Positions 38,998-59,470 of a stretch of DNA of 64,000 bases are shown here, one piece after another. Each line of letters begins with the position of its first letter. Within the stretch, counting starts at the first letter, position 1. A program made the position numbers and the translations under genes. The notes under the pieces were generated by a model. That model worked only from the letters and a program-made list of their open reading frames with translations, searched no databases and was not told the origin of the DNA. Source of the DNA: the human T2T-CHM13v2.0 reference genome, Homo sapiens; assembly GCF_009914755.1 (NCBI RefSeq), contig NC_060928.1, one strand, 5' to 3'.

Positions 38998-40237
38998 CTT
39001 TTTTGGAATTCAGATTTATTGATTTCCATCATATTGACTTTAAAAATGGCATGAAGCTGACTGCAAGAAAGGGAACTGGTCATTTTAAGTTAAAATTAAG
39101 CGAATCGTGAAAGTACATCACCTCTGGCTTCAGTCACCACCTCGCCTTAGATTGAGTATAGATTTTTTGTGAACAAAGTTCTAGAACTCTGAAATCCAGG
39201 GATGCTGCAGGCCTCTCCCCGCGATGTCCTTCACTTTGGGTCAGCCTCCTGGGCCAGAGGTGAAAGTGCTTTCAAAAATACTGCCATTTCCCCAGCACAG
39301 TCTTTGATTGCATCCACATATTGAGTTGGAACCCAGTACACCCATTAGTCAGTAGTAAGAGGCTTTCGTGGGGCCCAACTGAAACCCATCATGTGGTAGT
39401 CTTCATGTCCTTCCATATGTTCACTGACCACATTTTTTATGGATCCCATGGGCAATTTCTCAGTCCGCTCTTTACTGCCAATCCACAGTCGGTGTTGTTC
39501 TAACTTCAAGGTGAATCTCACTTTTCCTCCGGACTTATTGTACATGCTGGGCAGGGGTACCTTTTGTAGGTGCTCCTGGGCCCCCTTAACAGATGGCATC
39601 ACATCTTCGGGTTTTCCTTTATCCAACGCTTTCCTGTGTTGTTTCTGCCTGCAGAGAGGCTCCTTCTTGTTGTCTTTGGCCTTTGCATCCTGCTGCGCAG
39701 CATCTTTGGGTGTGTTTACTGCTAAAACATCATTGATGGTGGAGCCAACCACCATGATCTTGGCCCCACTGGTCACTTTTATTTCTCTCAATGTCTTATC
39801 CTCAGGGACGAGTCCCTTATACATGACTTTCTGTATGGCAGGCGGGAGACCTGTAATCAGTGGATCTTCTGTTTCAGTTCGGAGCCTGTGCTGTCCAGGG
39901 GGAACTTCACGTCGTGCTTGGTCTTGTTCCAGATGCTCCTCAGGTCCACCAGCTCGCTGTCTGCGCTGCCGCCCGAGTCTTCGCCGTTGCTGACAGAAGC
40001 CTGGGACACGGGGTCTCCAGGGGCCTGGGCTGGGGCCGGCTGCAGGCTGCAGGCTGCCTCGCGCGGTGCCGGAGTCCTCGGCCACCGTCCCTGCCCCCGC
40101 TCCTGCCGTGGCTTCGGCCTCCAAGCAGTTGAGGGGCCGTGCCAGCGCCTCGGTCGCCACGGTCTTAGCTTCGGTGTCCATGCCAGGTTCCTCCATGCCA
40201 TCCGGGGCCCCGGCCGCTGCCATGATGATTGTGTACC
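38998..40237 (-). pseudogene. Processed pseudogene of UBFD1 (ubiquitin family domain containing 1)
   Basis: MAAAGAPDGMEEPGMDTEA..., IWNKTKHDVKFPLDSTGSELKQKIH, QKVMYKGLVPEDKTLREIKVTSGAKIMVVGST and terminal GKWQYF* (stop 39274-39272) match UBFD1. Intronless, AATAAA at 39020-39015, short poly(A), TSD AGATTTTCTCCCATTATGTATTTTT at 38973-38997 / 40238-40262. Three frameshifts. Confidence 0.95.
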
Positions 40238-40301
40238 AGATTTTCTCCCATTATGTATTTTTTCCAATGGTAACTATGTTCTCTTTGGCTCAAGAGTTTA
40301 A

Positions 40302-40490
<189 letters not shown>

Positions 40491-41724
40491 TAATGCTTCT
40501 ATTTTCTGTGCTCCTCCACTCCAATTACTTATTGAATTCCACATTTTTTCTTAAACTTATTTCTCAGAGTTCTTTTCTTTCTCACTGTTCTAATCAATGT
40601 TTTGTTTGTTTGTTTGTTTTTATCATAGGCCAAGATTATTTTCATAGTCAATTTGTCTTCAAATTCCAGGCTTCGCCTAGTCCTACGTGAGAATTAATTT
40701 TTCTAGAATATTGCTAATATCATGCAGTTGTAGAATATGGCTCCAATTATAATTACAATGTCAACAACTAATTTTCATAGAATACTTGCCATATGTTGGG
40801 TGCTATACAATTTTTTATATGGATTAATTATTTTAATCACAAGAATCCTATAAATATACAATTATACATACATTTGGAAGAATTTTAGAACATTTAGAAA
40901 ACTCCCAGAATCACCTAGCTACTGGTGGTACTAGGATGCAAACTGAGCTTGAAAAGAAAAGTCGTGCTCTTAATCTTTTTCCTATGCTATATAAATTCCT
41001 CAACCTGACTTCTGAAGTGCTCCACAAACTGCTCCCCCGCACCATATAGTCCAATCTCAGCTTATGTTTCTCTCTACATCAAACAGAGGGAGAGTTTCCT
41101 AATGCACCATAAACACACCATACTCATTCCAGTTCTTTCCCTTTCCTTTTGCGCTTGTAAATTTTTTCTCCTGTCATCTGATCAAATTCTCTTCTTGAGT
41201 TAAGGAATGGCTCCAGAATAGAATAAAGCCTTCATAAAATGCTATAGTTTTTTTTTTTTTCTCAGAGCCTACAAGACCACTTACTGTCTGCCCCATTCAT
41301 TTTCAGATTCACTCATGAAGTGCTTTGGATTTTTATTTAACTGTTACATCTAAAATTGGTGTGTATTCATCCCAGAAGAAAATATTGAACATTTTTATTT
41401 GTCAGGCCCTATATAAGGGCTGAGAATACAAAGATGGGTACAATTCTGTCTCTGAACTTGACGAGTTTAATTCAAGGGGAAAGCAAAGATGTAAACTAAA
41501 ATAATATACTCTGATAAGTGATAATATTGGAAGGTGACATTGCAGTGATGCTTCACTCCAATAATTGTATGACTGCAAATGTATTAAGGATAAGGGAGCC
41601 AGGTTTCTCACTGACAGAGAAACAAGTTACAATTAAAGAAAGGGAGAAAACCCTGGGAGTAATGTCACCCCAATAGCAAAGAGCCCACTAGTGCCCAGTT
41701 GTTGGTTTAGAAACCAGCAGTTTT

Positions 41725-42055
41725 GCTTCACTTTATGATGGGGATACATCCTGAGAAATGCATCATTAAGTGATTTCATTGTTGTGTTAACATCAAAGAG
41801 TGCACTTACACAAACCTTGATAGTATAGCCTACTGCACACCTAGGCTATATTGTATAGCTTGTTGCTTCTAGGCTGCAAACCTGTGCAGCATGTTACTGT
41901 ACTGAATACTGTAGGCAATCGTAACATAATGGTAAGTACCTATGTATCTAAACATATAAAATGTACAGTAAAACTATGGTATTATAACCTTATGGGACCA
42001 CCATCCTATATGTGGTCTGTCATTAACAGAAACATCGTGTGGCATGTGATTGTAC
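41725..42055. mobile_element. Tigger3/MER7-like DNA transposon
   Basis: ggggatacatcctgagaaatgcatcatt...tatagcctactgcacacctaggctata...tactgtaggcaatcgtaaca. Confidence 0.75.
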
Positions 42056-42167
42056 TTAATTGATCAGTCCTCTTCTGTGTAACCAGTTCCCCTAATTGCC
42101 ACCCGCCTCTCACCCTGAAAATTCCTTCCTTACCCTGCTTGGGCTATGATTCCCTACTGTGGGCCGC

Positions 42168-42534
42168 CATATTAGTCTGTTCTCACAATACTATAAACAA
42201 CTACCTGACATTTGGTAATTTATGAAGAAAAGAGGTTTAAGTGAATCAGTTCTGCAGGCTTAACAGGAGGCATGACTGGGATGCCTCAGGAAACCTACAG
42301 TCATGGTAGAAGATGAAGAGGAAGCAAGCAGCACCTACGTCACAAGGCAGCAGGAGAGAGAATGAAGTGCCACACACTTGAACCATCAGATCTCATGAGA
42401 GCTCACTATCATGTGAACAGCATGGGGGAAATCCACCCTCATGGTCCAATCACCTCCCACCAGGACCCTCCCTCAACACATGGGATTACAATTTGATGTG
42501 GGATTTGGGTGGAGACAGAGAGCCAAACCATATC
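42168..42534 (-). mobile_element. MSTA-like MaLR solo LTR
   Basis: tattagtctgttctcac...aatcacctcccaccagg...agccaaaccatatca. Confidence 0.85.
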
Positions 42535-42539
42535 ATTCA

Positions 42540-42543
42540 CTTC

Positions 42544-42578
<35 letters not shown>

Positions 42579-42641
42579 TCCTCCAGTCGCTTCTTTACAC
42601 ACACACACACACACACACACACTCTTTCCTCCAGTCGCTTC

Positions 42642-42683
<42 letters not shown>

Positions 42684-42692
42684 TTCCTCCAG
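42540..42692. repeat. Compound repeat: 3 x [CTTCTTTA (CA)n CT(CT)TTCCTCCAG(TCG)]
   Basis: Directly visible triplicated unit, each copy containing a CA array of different length. Confidence 0.95.
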
Positions 42693-43728
42693 CTGCTGGG
42701 GTTTCTTCAGTCTTAGCTGAATCACACCGCAGCAGGGACCCCCAGTGAGGTTTTGGCATCCCTTATGGGTTTCCTACTCACACTATGGGGACACACACCT
42801 TGCTGGGCCCCAGTCTAATAGGTTTTGGATTGAATTACTTGGGAAGTGAACAACCAAATAGAAGGGAACAAGGGTAAGAAAGAAGAGCATTTCTAATTTT
42901 AAAAATATATTATCAGTCACATTCCCTTTTTGTATTGTACTTGAACTTTTGTCTTTAATTCAGACTTTTCCTGCGAGAGATTCCCAGAAATTGAATTACT
43001 GGGTCAAATGTTATAAACCAAATAATTTTTTAATTTTTATTCCTGCCAGCAATATAACATCACTGTCTATTTTATTCTAAACAGCTTTGAATGTTATATC
43101 TAATTTTAAAGGAATTTTTGTTAATTCTTTTTTATAAATTCTTTTTTTATAAATTATTTTTGGCCATTTATATTTTGGGATTTTAATATTTTTAGGTGGA
43201 TATGTTAATGATATTAACACTTAGCCATATTTATTGCAAAAAAGATTAATTTTTAAGCCATAACTAGCTTCTTTCGGTCATCCTGCATTTCTACTTACCT
43301 TTCTTTGCTGCCAATAAATTTTCAAGTAGGTGCGCACTAAAGGGAATATTACTCTAAGAAAACATGAAATTGGGAAAACAAGTGGCCTGTTATAAAGCCA
43401 TTTAAATATATAGTATAGTTTTTAAAAATTAGTTATTTGTAGATCACTATTATCCTTTTTGTTTGATAGATTTAATTTTCTCAATTTTTTTTTACTTTAT
43501 ATAATTCGAGGCTTTGGTGGTAATGTTATAGTACCAGTGAAATGAATTTTTCATCATTATAAAGTTTCTTTTATCTTTCATATATTATTCTAACCTTACA
43601 GTCTACTTTAATATAGTGATGCCAGTTTTCTTTTGGTTGGTATTTGCAAGATATAACATTCTTTAACCTTTTATTTTCAACCTTTCAGTATCCTTATGCT
43701 TTAGGTGGGTCTTTTGTTATAAGAATCA

Positions 43729-44424
<696 letters not shown>

Positions 44425-44879
44425 GCAATGCACACAAGATGTTAAATGAAAAGAGTTTAATGAAGGAATTCTTTAGAGAGCTATGGACAGCATTAAGGGA
44501 ACCAATAAAAGATTTTGAAATGCCCAGCCATTAGTAACAAGGAAAAGCCTTTATACATGTAGCCCTGAAGGGTCAAAGAGGAAAGAGTATTACTGGAACC
44601 TAGCAAAAGCTGTTGCTGGGAGAGGGGCCCCTGGCAAGAGGTGTGGTCTTACATAGAGATAACCACTGAAGAACTCTGGCCCAGCTGGGAGGGAAATTAG
44701 AAGAATTAATATCTTGGCTTCTGTTTCCTCCCACCCTGTGACCTTCTGCCACAATCTGCTATTGGCCAAACCCAACTAGAAGTTAAAGGACAAAGGAGCT
44801 CAGGTGAGCAGAGTACAGAGTGGGACACAAAGCCAGACAGAAGGGTGGAGAAGAGCCAGCACACATGGAGACAGCTGAT

Positions 44880-47744
<2,865 letters not shown>

Positions 47745-47837
47745 CTCTGGAGGCCTTTTCTTTGTGGTTCTGTAAAGTGCGGAGGAGAGCAAGTCCAGCT
47801 CTAGGCACCTCCACACATCTCTTTCTGTGTTCTTCCC

Positions 47838-48228
47838 TGTATTAGTCAGCAGAGGGTGTGCTGTGTTGCAGCAGTGATCAAATTAAAACCTCACTCAACT
47901 CACTCATGCAAAGTCCGCTATAGGGACAGCAGCTTTCCAGGGAAGCTCCCTTCCAAGTGGTAATGGAGGGATACGGGTTGCGTCCATCTTAACAGCTACT
48001 GTACATGGAACACAGGCTTTCAGGGACACTGAAGCAGGGGATGAACTCACACATGCTCTTAACTGCCATAGGCTGGAAATGACACACATCACTTTTACTC
48101 CCAGCTCACTGGCTAGAGCTCATCACACGGCCCCAGCTTAACTTCAAAGGAGGTGCTAGGGCATCTTCCTTTGTGTCCAGGGAGAAGAGGAAAACCTCTT
48201 ATGATGAGCACTAGTAAGTTTCTACCAT
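47838..48228 (-). mobile_element. MLT1-type LTR relic
   Basis: tgtattagtcag...ggaaatgacacacatcactttt...cactggctagagctcatcacacggccc. Confidence 0.6.
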
Positions 48229-48340
48229 ATTCCCACTCCTCTAATGTTCACCCATGCACCCATGCAGTGATGACCCCAAGGTCTTCAGCTTGTTTATGAC
48301 TATCTCTGTACCCATTCCTGAGGACTAACCCTAGCAGTAA

Positions 48341-48974
48341 TGAGACAAGATAATTCCCTTGACCTTGATCCCCTTCATGGTTGGGAACTTGAGTGGCTCG
48401 TTTCACTCAGCCCACCGTTGGCCACTCCTCATGAGAGGGGGTGTACAAGCAAGCGAGTGCAGGAACCAGAGGGAGCAAATGCTGGAACTGGCTGATCACT
48501 CCTCTCTGGCAGGAGCAGGCTCTGTGTGGGCCCTGCAGCAGCATCCAAGCCCCTGCCCTGGGTTCTTGTCCAGCATCCAGGAAGAATCAGGTCACACAAA
48601 CAGATTGAAGGGTAGTGTATGTAGAAGATTTTATTGGGTGATAAAATTGGCTCTCAGCAGGATGGGGAATTGGAAAGGGGATGGTGTGGGACCTTTCCCT
48701 GAGGCCGCACTGTGTGAAGTTAGCCGCCTTTATCAGTAGCCTCCCATGCTCAGTTGCTGCTTCTCTGATCACGGCTCAGCCGCTTATACCCCTGACCCTC
48801 AGCAGCTTGTGTTGCTCTGCCAGCTGAAGTCTTTTTATGGGCACAGGATAGGGCTGTAGCAGGCCAAAAAGGCAACATTTGGGTGGAAAAATGGGGTCAG
48901 CTGTTTTTACTTAGGACTGCAGCATTCCAGGCTTAAGGGTGGGATTTAGCCGGGAGCCCAGCCATTCTGTATCA
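48341..48974 (-). mobile_element. ERV1 solo LTR (LTR1/LTR27/LTR28/MER52 group)
   Basis: TG...CA termini (minus strand TGATACAGAATGGCTGGGCTCCCGGCTAAA); 4-bp TSD GTAA. Confidence 0.8.
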
Positions 48975-49162
48975 GTAAGTTCTCCGAGACAAGTTAGAGG
49001 CTAAGAAAGGAGAGGGTTTGGAGAGTGAGGATGACATACGGAAGGGATCTAAGTCTTTCAGTTGGTAAGATTCCCACGCTAGAGAAGGAAGAAGCCAGCA
49101 GGAACCAACTTTCCTTTCCCCAAACCTATTTACCATCTGACCTGCAGTGGTATGATAGATGG

Positions 49163-49882
49163 TGAAACTGCCTTTGCAAAATTATAACTGAGGAAATTAT
49201 GACAGTGAAAGAAATCAGACCTAACCAACTCTATCTTGCTTCTAACCCTTAAGCTGTCCTTATTCATTTCTGGGTGGGTGTAGGCTGAACTAACTTTGGG
49301 AAGGAATTCAGTTCATGGTTTGACTCCAGAACAAAATTGATAACAGCCCTTTGCGGAAAAGATCCTCTTCTTGCCTGGGATCCAGTCTGCCTTTGCAGGA
49401 ATAACAAATTAACTACAAGGTTAGAAATTACAATTTAGGGGTCATGCAGCCTCTGGCTCCAAGAGTCTGAACCTCCCCAAATTGCTCCCGGGGATAATAT
49501 CACTATTTTAAAACCTAAGATCAGTGCTTGAGATGTTTTGCAGACCCTGCACTTGATGGATCAGCTGACACCACCCAGACCAGTAATCTGGCCCAACCAG
49601 CTCTGCCGTCATATCCAGGAACAAAAGACATTAAGAAAATCTAACTTTGACCCACTATGATTCCATCTCCTACCTGAGTAATCAGCATTCCCCACTTCCC
49701 AAGCCCCTGCCTGCCAAATTATCTTTAGAAACTCTGATCCCCAAATGCGCAGGGAGACTGATTTGAGTAATAATAAAAACAGCTGGCTCTGCGTGAATTA
49801 CTCTTTTACCATTGCAATTCTCCTGTCTTGATAAATTGGTTCTGTCTAGGCAGCGGGCAGGGTAATCCATTGGGCATTTACA
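49163..49882 (+). mobile_element. LTR8 solo LTR
   Basis: tgaaactgcctttgcaaaattataactgaggaaattatgacagtgaaagaaatcagacctaacc...gggcatttaca. Confidence 0.85.
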
Positions 49883-50089
49883 GTGGGGTAGTGGAACTCC
49901 CCATCTGACCTTGCCGCTGTGTAATGAGGAGGTCCTGGGGATATAAGCCCAAGGTGGTTTGGGTACGGTTTACTATTATACATTTTAGGGAGACATGAAA
50001 CGTCAATCAATATGTGTAAGATGTATATTGGTTCAGTCCAGAAAGGTAATGAGGATGGTGGAGGAGTTCTCGCCAATGAGCATCAATTT

Positions 50090-51650
50090 CTTTTATCCCC
50101 CCAAGCTTTACAGAGGTAAAACTGACAAAAAAAAGTACAGATATTTAAGGCATGTAATGATTTGATATGCATACATGTTTTGAAATAATTACCACAAAGT
50201 AATTGACATATCCATAAGCTTACATAATTACCTTTTTATTTTAGGGGTGAGGACACAAGATTGATTCTCAGCAAATTTCAAGTATATAATGTATTACTGT
50301 TAACTATAGTCATCATGCTGTACATTAGGTCTCCAGAACTTATTCATCCTGCAGAACTGAAACTTTGTACCCTTTAACCAACACTTCCCTGTTTCCCCAA
50401 CCTTTGGGCCCTTGGTGAGCACTCGTCTACTCTCTATTTCAGTAAATGCAACTTTTTAGCTTCCACATGTAAGTGATGTGAAAGGAAAATAGATCTGGGA
50501 CTTATCACTAAGCCAGAGGGAAAAGTCAAGCTGGGAACTGCATCAGGCAAACCTGCCTCCCATTTTATTACTAAGTAAGATAGCTACAAAGATAAAAAGC
50601 TAAATACTTCCCTCACAATTTCCCCAGAAGGAGATTACCTGTGGGCCACCAGGTCTTTACCCTAAAACAGTTCTGTTGAATTTCACCTTGGCAATGTAAA
50701 TTGACGGCTTATCTTCACAGGAGCAAGAAAAAGGACAGAACTCAAAGGCATCCCTCTGCTCACCTGAGATAAATGCCTGTCTGATTTGCCTCCTCTGTCC
50801 CATTGTTTATGTAAAAATCCAGATTCACTGAGCCAGACTAAGGCTTAAATGACAATTCCTCTACCCCCTCTCACATGTAAGTTGTGTATTCACTGAAAGG
50901 CTCATCAAAATCCCAGAAGAATGCAACTGTTTGTTTCCTGTCTACCTATAACTTAGAACCCCTCCCCACTTCAAGTTGTCCTACCTTTCTGGACTGAACG
51001 AGTATACATCTTACACATATTGATTGATGTTTCATGTCTCCCTAAAATGTATAAAAGTAAACTGTACCCAAACCACCTTGGGCTCATGTCCCCAGGACTT
51101 CCTGAGGCTGTGTCACAGGTGTGTCCTTAACCTTGGCAAAATAAGCTTCCTAAATTGATTGAGACAGGCCTTAGATACTTTTGAGTTAACAGTGATATCA
51201 TATGACATTTATCTTTTTATGACTGGCTTGTTTCACTCAGCAGAATGTCCTCTAGGTTCATTCATGTTGCTGCAAATGGCAGGACTCCCTTCTCTTCTAA
51301 GGCTGGGAAATATTCCACTTGTGTGTATTCCAACATGTATTCATTTGCATTCATATATAAGTATATATATTCATTTATCTGTCGATGGACACTTAGGTTG
51401 ACTCTGTGTCTTGGCTGTTATGAATAATGCTTCAGTGAACATGAGATTGCTGGTATCTCTTCAAGATAGTGATTTAATTTCTTTTGCATGTATACCCAGA
51501 AGTAGAACTGCTCAATCATATGGTAGTCACATTTTCAGTTTCTTGAGGAACCTCCATAGTCTAGAATAGCTGTACTAATTCACATTCCTGCCAACAGTGT
51601 TCAAGGGTTCCCTTTTCTCCACATCCTTGCCAATAAATGTTATCTTTTGA
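50090..51650 (-). mobile_element. L1MA-like 3' end hosting a MER4A
   Basis: L1 3' UTR antisense motifs on both sides of the LTR. Confidence 0.8.
50477..51191 (+). mobile_element. MER4A-type ERV1 solo LTR
   Basis: tgtgaaaggaaaatagatct...gggaaaagtcaagctgggaactgc...ttgagttaaca; 4-bp TSD GTGA at 50473-50476 / 51192-51195. Confidence 0.9.
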
Positions 51651-51716
51651 GCCTCAATATCTGAAGAGGGGAATCTGATTTCTAGCTAGTCCCTGAGAGA
51701 ATAAACAACAATGTAG

Positions 51717-53642
<1,926 letters not shown>

Positions 53643-54167
53643 AAAAACATTTAACATAAAAAGTATGAAAGATGTAGTTATTCTGAAGTAAAACAGACCA
53701 CTTAAGGATTTATTATTCCCCTTTCCTAACACTGTAGGACCTTTGAGAGGTCCAGTGACTTCACTTGGGCCTCCAATAAGAGAAGTGTAAGGCTAGGATC
53801 TCTGGGTTCTCAAGCTACTCTTTTCACCACAAGATCACACTTCCTTCCTCTTTTACAACTGGTATGCAGAAAAGAATATATTATAGAAGCAGCTGGTGTG
53901 GTAACACAGAGTATGATGGAAAACATCACAATGTTATTTAGCAAGAGTACAAAATAAAATCTGAATTTACATGGCTCTTTTAAGAAATTGTTTTGTAGAT
54001 TTGATAAGTAGCTCTCAATATGTAATTTAAATAAATGAAACAATTTATTACAAACCTACCATATGTTAGGCACGGTGGTAAGTACTGGAGATACAAAGAA
54101 TATGCAAAATGAAGTTCTCACTATCATGTATTAAAAAGAAGAACAAACCACAGTGTGTTAGACATTA

Positions 54168-54539
54168 TTGTTGCCTAGCCCAGATCCCCCTTATAGCCTG
54201 GGCCGTTCATCCTTCAGCTGCTCATGTGCCTGGGCCAACAGCTTATAGCTGTGACTTTCTCCAGAGGCTTGACTTTGGCTAAATGGATCCACCTCACTGG
54301 AGGCTCCTGAGACATTATACCCCCCTCCTCCCCAAGGGTGACCAAGGACCAACTTGTTTCTACTCTCCAACACTCTTCTGTCCCAACCCAGACTTTTCCT
54401 GGAACCATATCCTTGCTCAGCTCCTTTTTATCTGGCTCTTCCCTTTCCTTACAGATTTTTTCTAAAGAGCATTCGCTCAAAGTACAGACACTAGAACCCC
54501 TTCCTGAGGCTCTGCTTCTACAAAACCCAACCTAAGACA
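54168..54539 (+). mobile_element. LTR16-like ERVL LTR
   Basis: Ends ...gaggctctgcttctacaaaacccaacctaagaca. Confidence 0.55.
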
Positions 54540-54642
54540 AGAAGTGTTGCTGTAAGTCATAGATAAGTCTCCTAGACACATTGTCTAGGGAAGGATCTAT
54601 AACAGATCTGTAAAAGTTTTTATATACCCCAATATTTCCTAT

Positions 54643-55430
54643 TGAGACAGGATGTTTCCTTGATCTCCTTGACCCCCTTTGTGGGCAGGAACTAGAGTGG
54701 CTTATTTCACTCAGTCTGCAGTCCATGAACGTTTAAGTGTTAACAGCTCAGTGAAGGGTCAGGGTGACAGCCTCTTGCACCTGCCATTTTTGACACCCGA
54801 GTTCTTGTTCGGTGTCCAGGAAGAATCAGGTCACACGAACTGTGTGAAGGATGATGAATGTGGAAGACCTTATTGAGCAGTGGAAGTGGCTCTCGGTGGA
54901 AGGGGAGCTGGAATGGGGATGGTGCGGGAAGAAGGTGATCTTTCCCTGAAGCCCAGCTGTCTCTGGCTGTGCTCCCCTCTGAAATCACACCATCTGAAGC
55001 TAGCCACGTTTATCCGTAGTCTCTAACGCTCAGTTGGCTGCTTCTCTGCTTGCCTCTCAGCAGCTTGTATCCCTGCAGGTCAGCTGCTTGTGTTGCTCTT
55101 TTCTTCTTTTTTTCCTGCCAGCTGGTCTGGTTTTATGGGCACAGGGTAGGGAATGGGGTGGGCGGAAAAGGCAGTCAATTGGGTGGAGAAATGGGGTCAG
55201 CTGCTTCCACTTAGGGCTGAGGTTCCAGGCTTGAGGGTAGAGTTTAGCTGAGAGCCCAGCCCTTCTGTATCAGGGTCAGCTGCTTTCACTTAGGGCCAAG
55301 GTTCCAGGCTTGAGGGTGGGGTTTAGCTGGGAGCCCAGCCCTTTTGTATCAGCGTCAGCTGTTTTCACCTAGGGCTGAGGGTCCAGGCTTGAGGGTGGGG
55401 TTTAGCCAGGAACCCAGCTGTTCTGTATCA
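54643..55430 (-). mobile_element. ERV1 solo LTR (same group as 48341-48974) with triplicated terminus
   Basis: TG...CA termini; 4-bp TSD CTAT at 54639-54642 / 55431-55434. Confidence 0.8.
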
Positions 55431-55509
55431 CTATTATCTAAAGGACATTTAACATGATTGAGCTATCTCACACCTTCTCTATCTTTTCTTCTAAAGACAG
55501 CAATCCAGT

Positions 55510-58272
<2,763 letters not shown>

Positions 58273-58470
58273 TTGAACAATCTAGTTTTGCAATGTGACC
58301 TTTTAGTTAATATTTCTTGGAGGAATGGATATTCTTCAGGGAATGGATTATCAGAATAGAATGGTAAATATATATGTAACTACATGAATGATATGTGTGA
58401 TAGCACTTTCCCACAATTGTGTGGTCATTGAAAGCCATTTTACTCAAAAAACATCTCCCCATGGTCCCTA

Positions 58471-58860
<390 letters not shown>

Positions 58861-59229
58861 TCAGCTATTGTGTTCCTTATTCATGCATTTCAACAAATGA
58901 GTTTGTGACTGCATGATAAAGAACAATATCAATGCAAATTTTCTTACTGGTGGCTCCTCCTCCTGGCCATTCTCTTTAGTCTCGCAGGCTGGTCTCTTCC
59001 CAAGCTATCGTATTCTCCCCTTTAACTCTCTTTTTTAGCTAAGGCATAAATATTCAATTACCATCTTAAATGTTAATATACGAGATTAAATGATTAGAGA
59101 CAAAATTAAAATATTAGAGCCATCTCCTAAATGTGCCTTTCCTCCCAAACTGCAAGAGAGATGATTGCTTATTTAAAGATAAAGACAGGGCAGTAATTAA
59201 GAATCAATGGAGGTTACAAGTTAGCAGAA

Positions 59230-59470
59230 TAATAACTAACTTTTAGTATGGCCAGCTGCTATTCTAAGAGCTTTGCCTTATTGTTTAATGTTCACAGTAA
59301 CCATATGAATAACTAATTATCAACCCCATATTACAGATGAGGAAACTGAGGCACAAAGAGCTTAAGCAGGTTTTCCAAAATCTTCCAACTACTGACTGAA
59401 GGACTTAAACCTAGGAAGTCTGGTTACGAGTCGTTACAGAGTCCATAGCCTAACCACTAACACATACTAC
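59230..59470 (-). mobile_element. MIR
   Basis: ttacagatgaggaaactgaggcaca. Confidence 0.8.

Noticed and set aside
39439-39993. 184-aa plus-strand ORF
   Set aside because: Antisense shadow of the UBFD1 coding frame; no independent support.
42540-42692. Repeat-spacer pattern resembling a CRISPR array
   Set aside because: Primate DNA; the spacers are just (CA)n; no cas genes.
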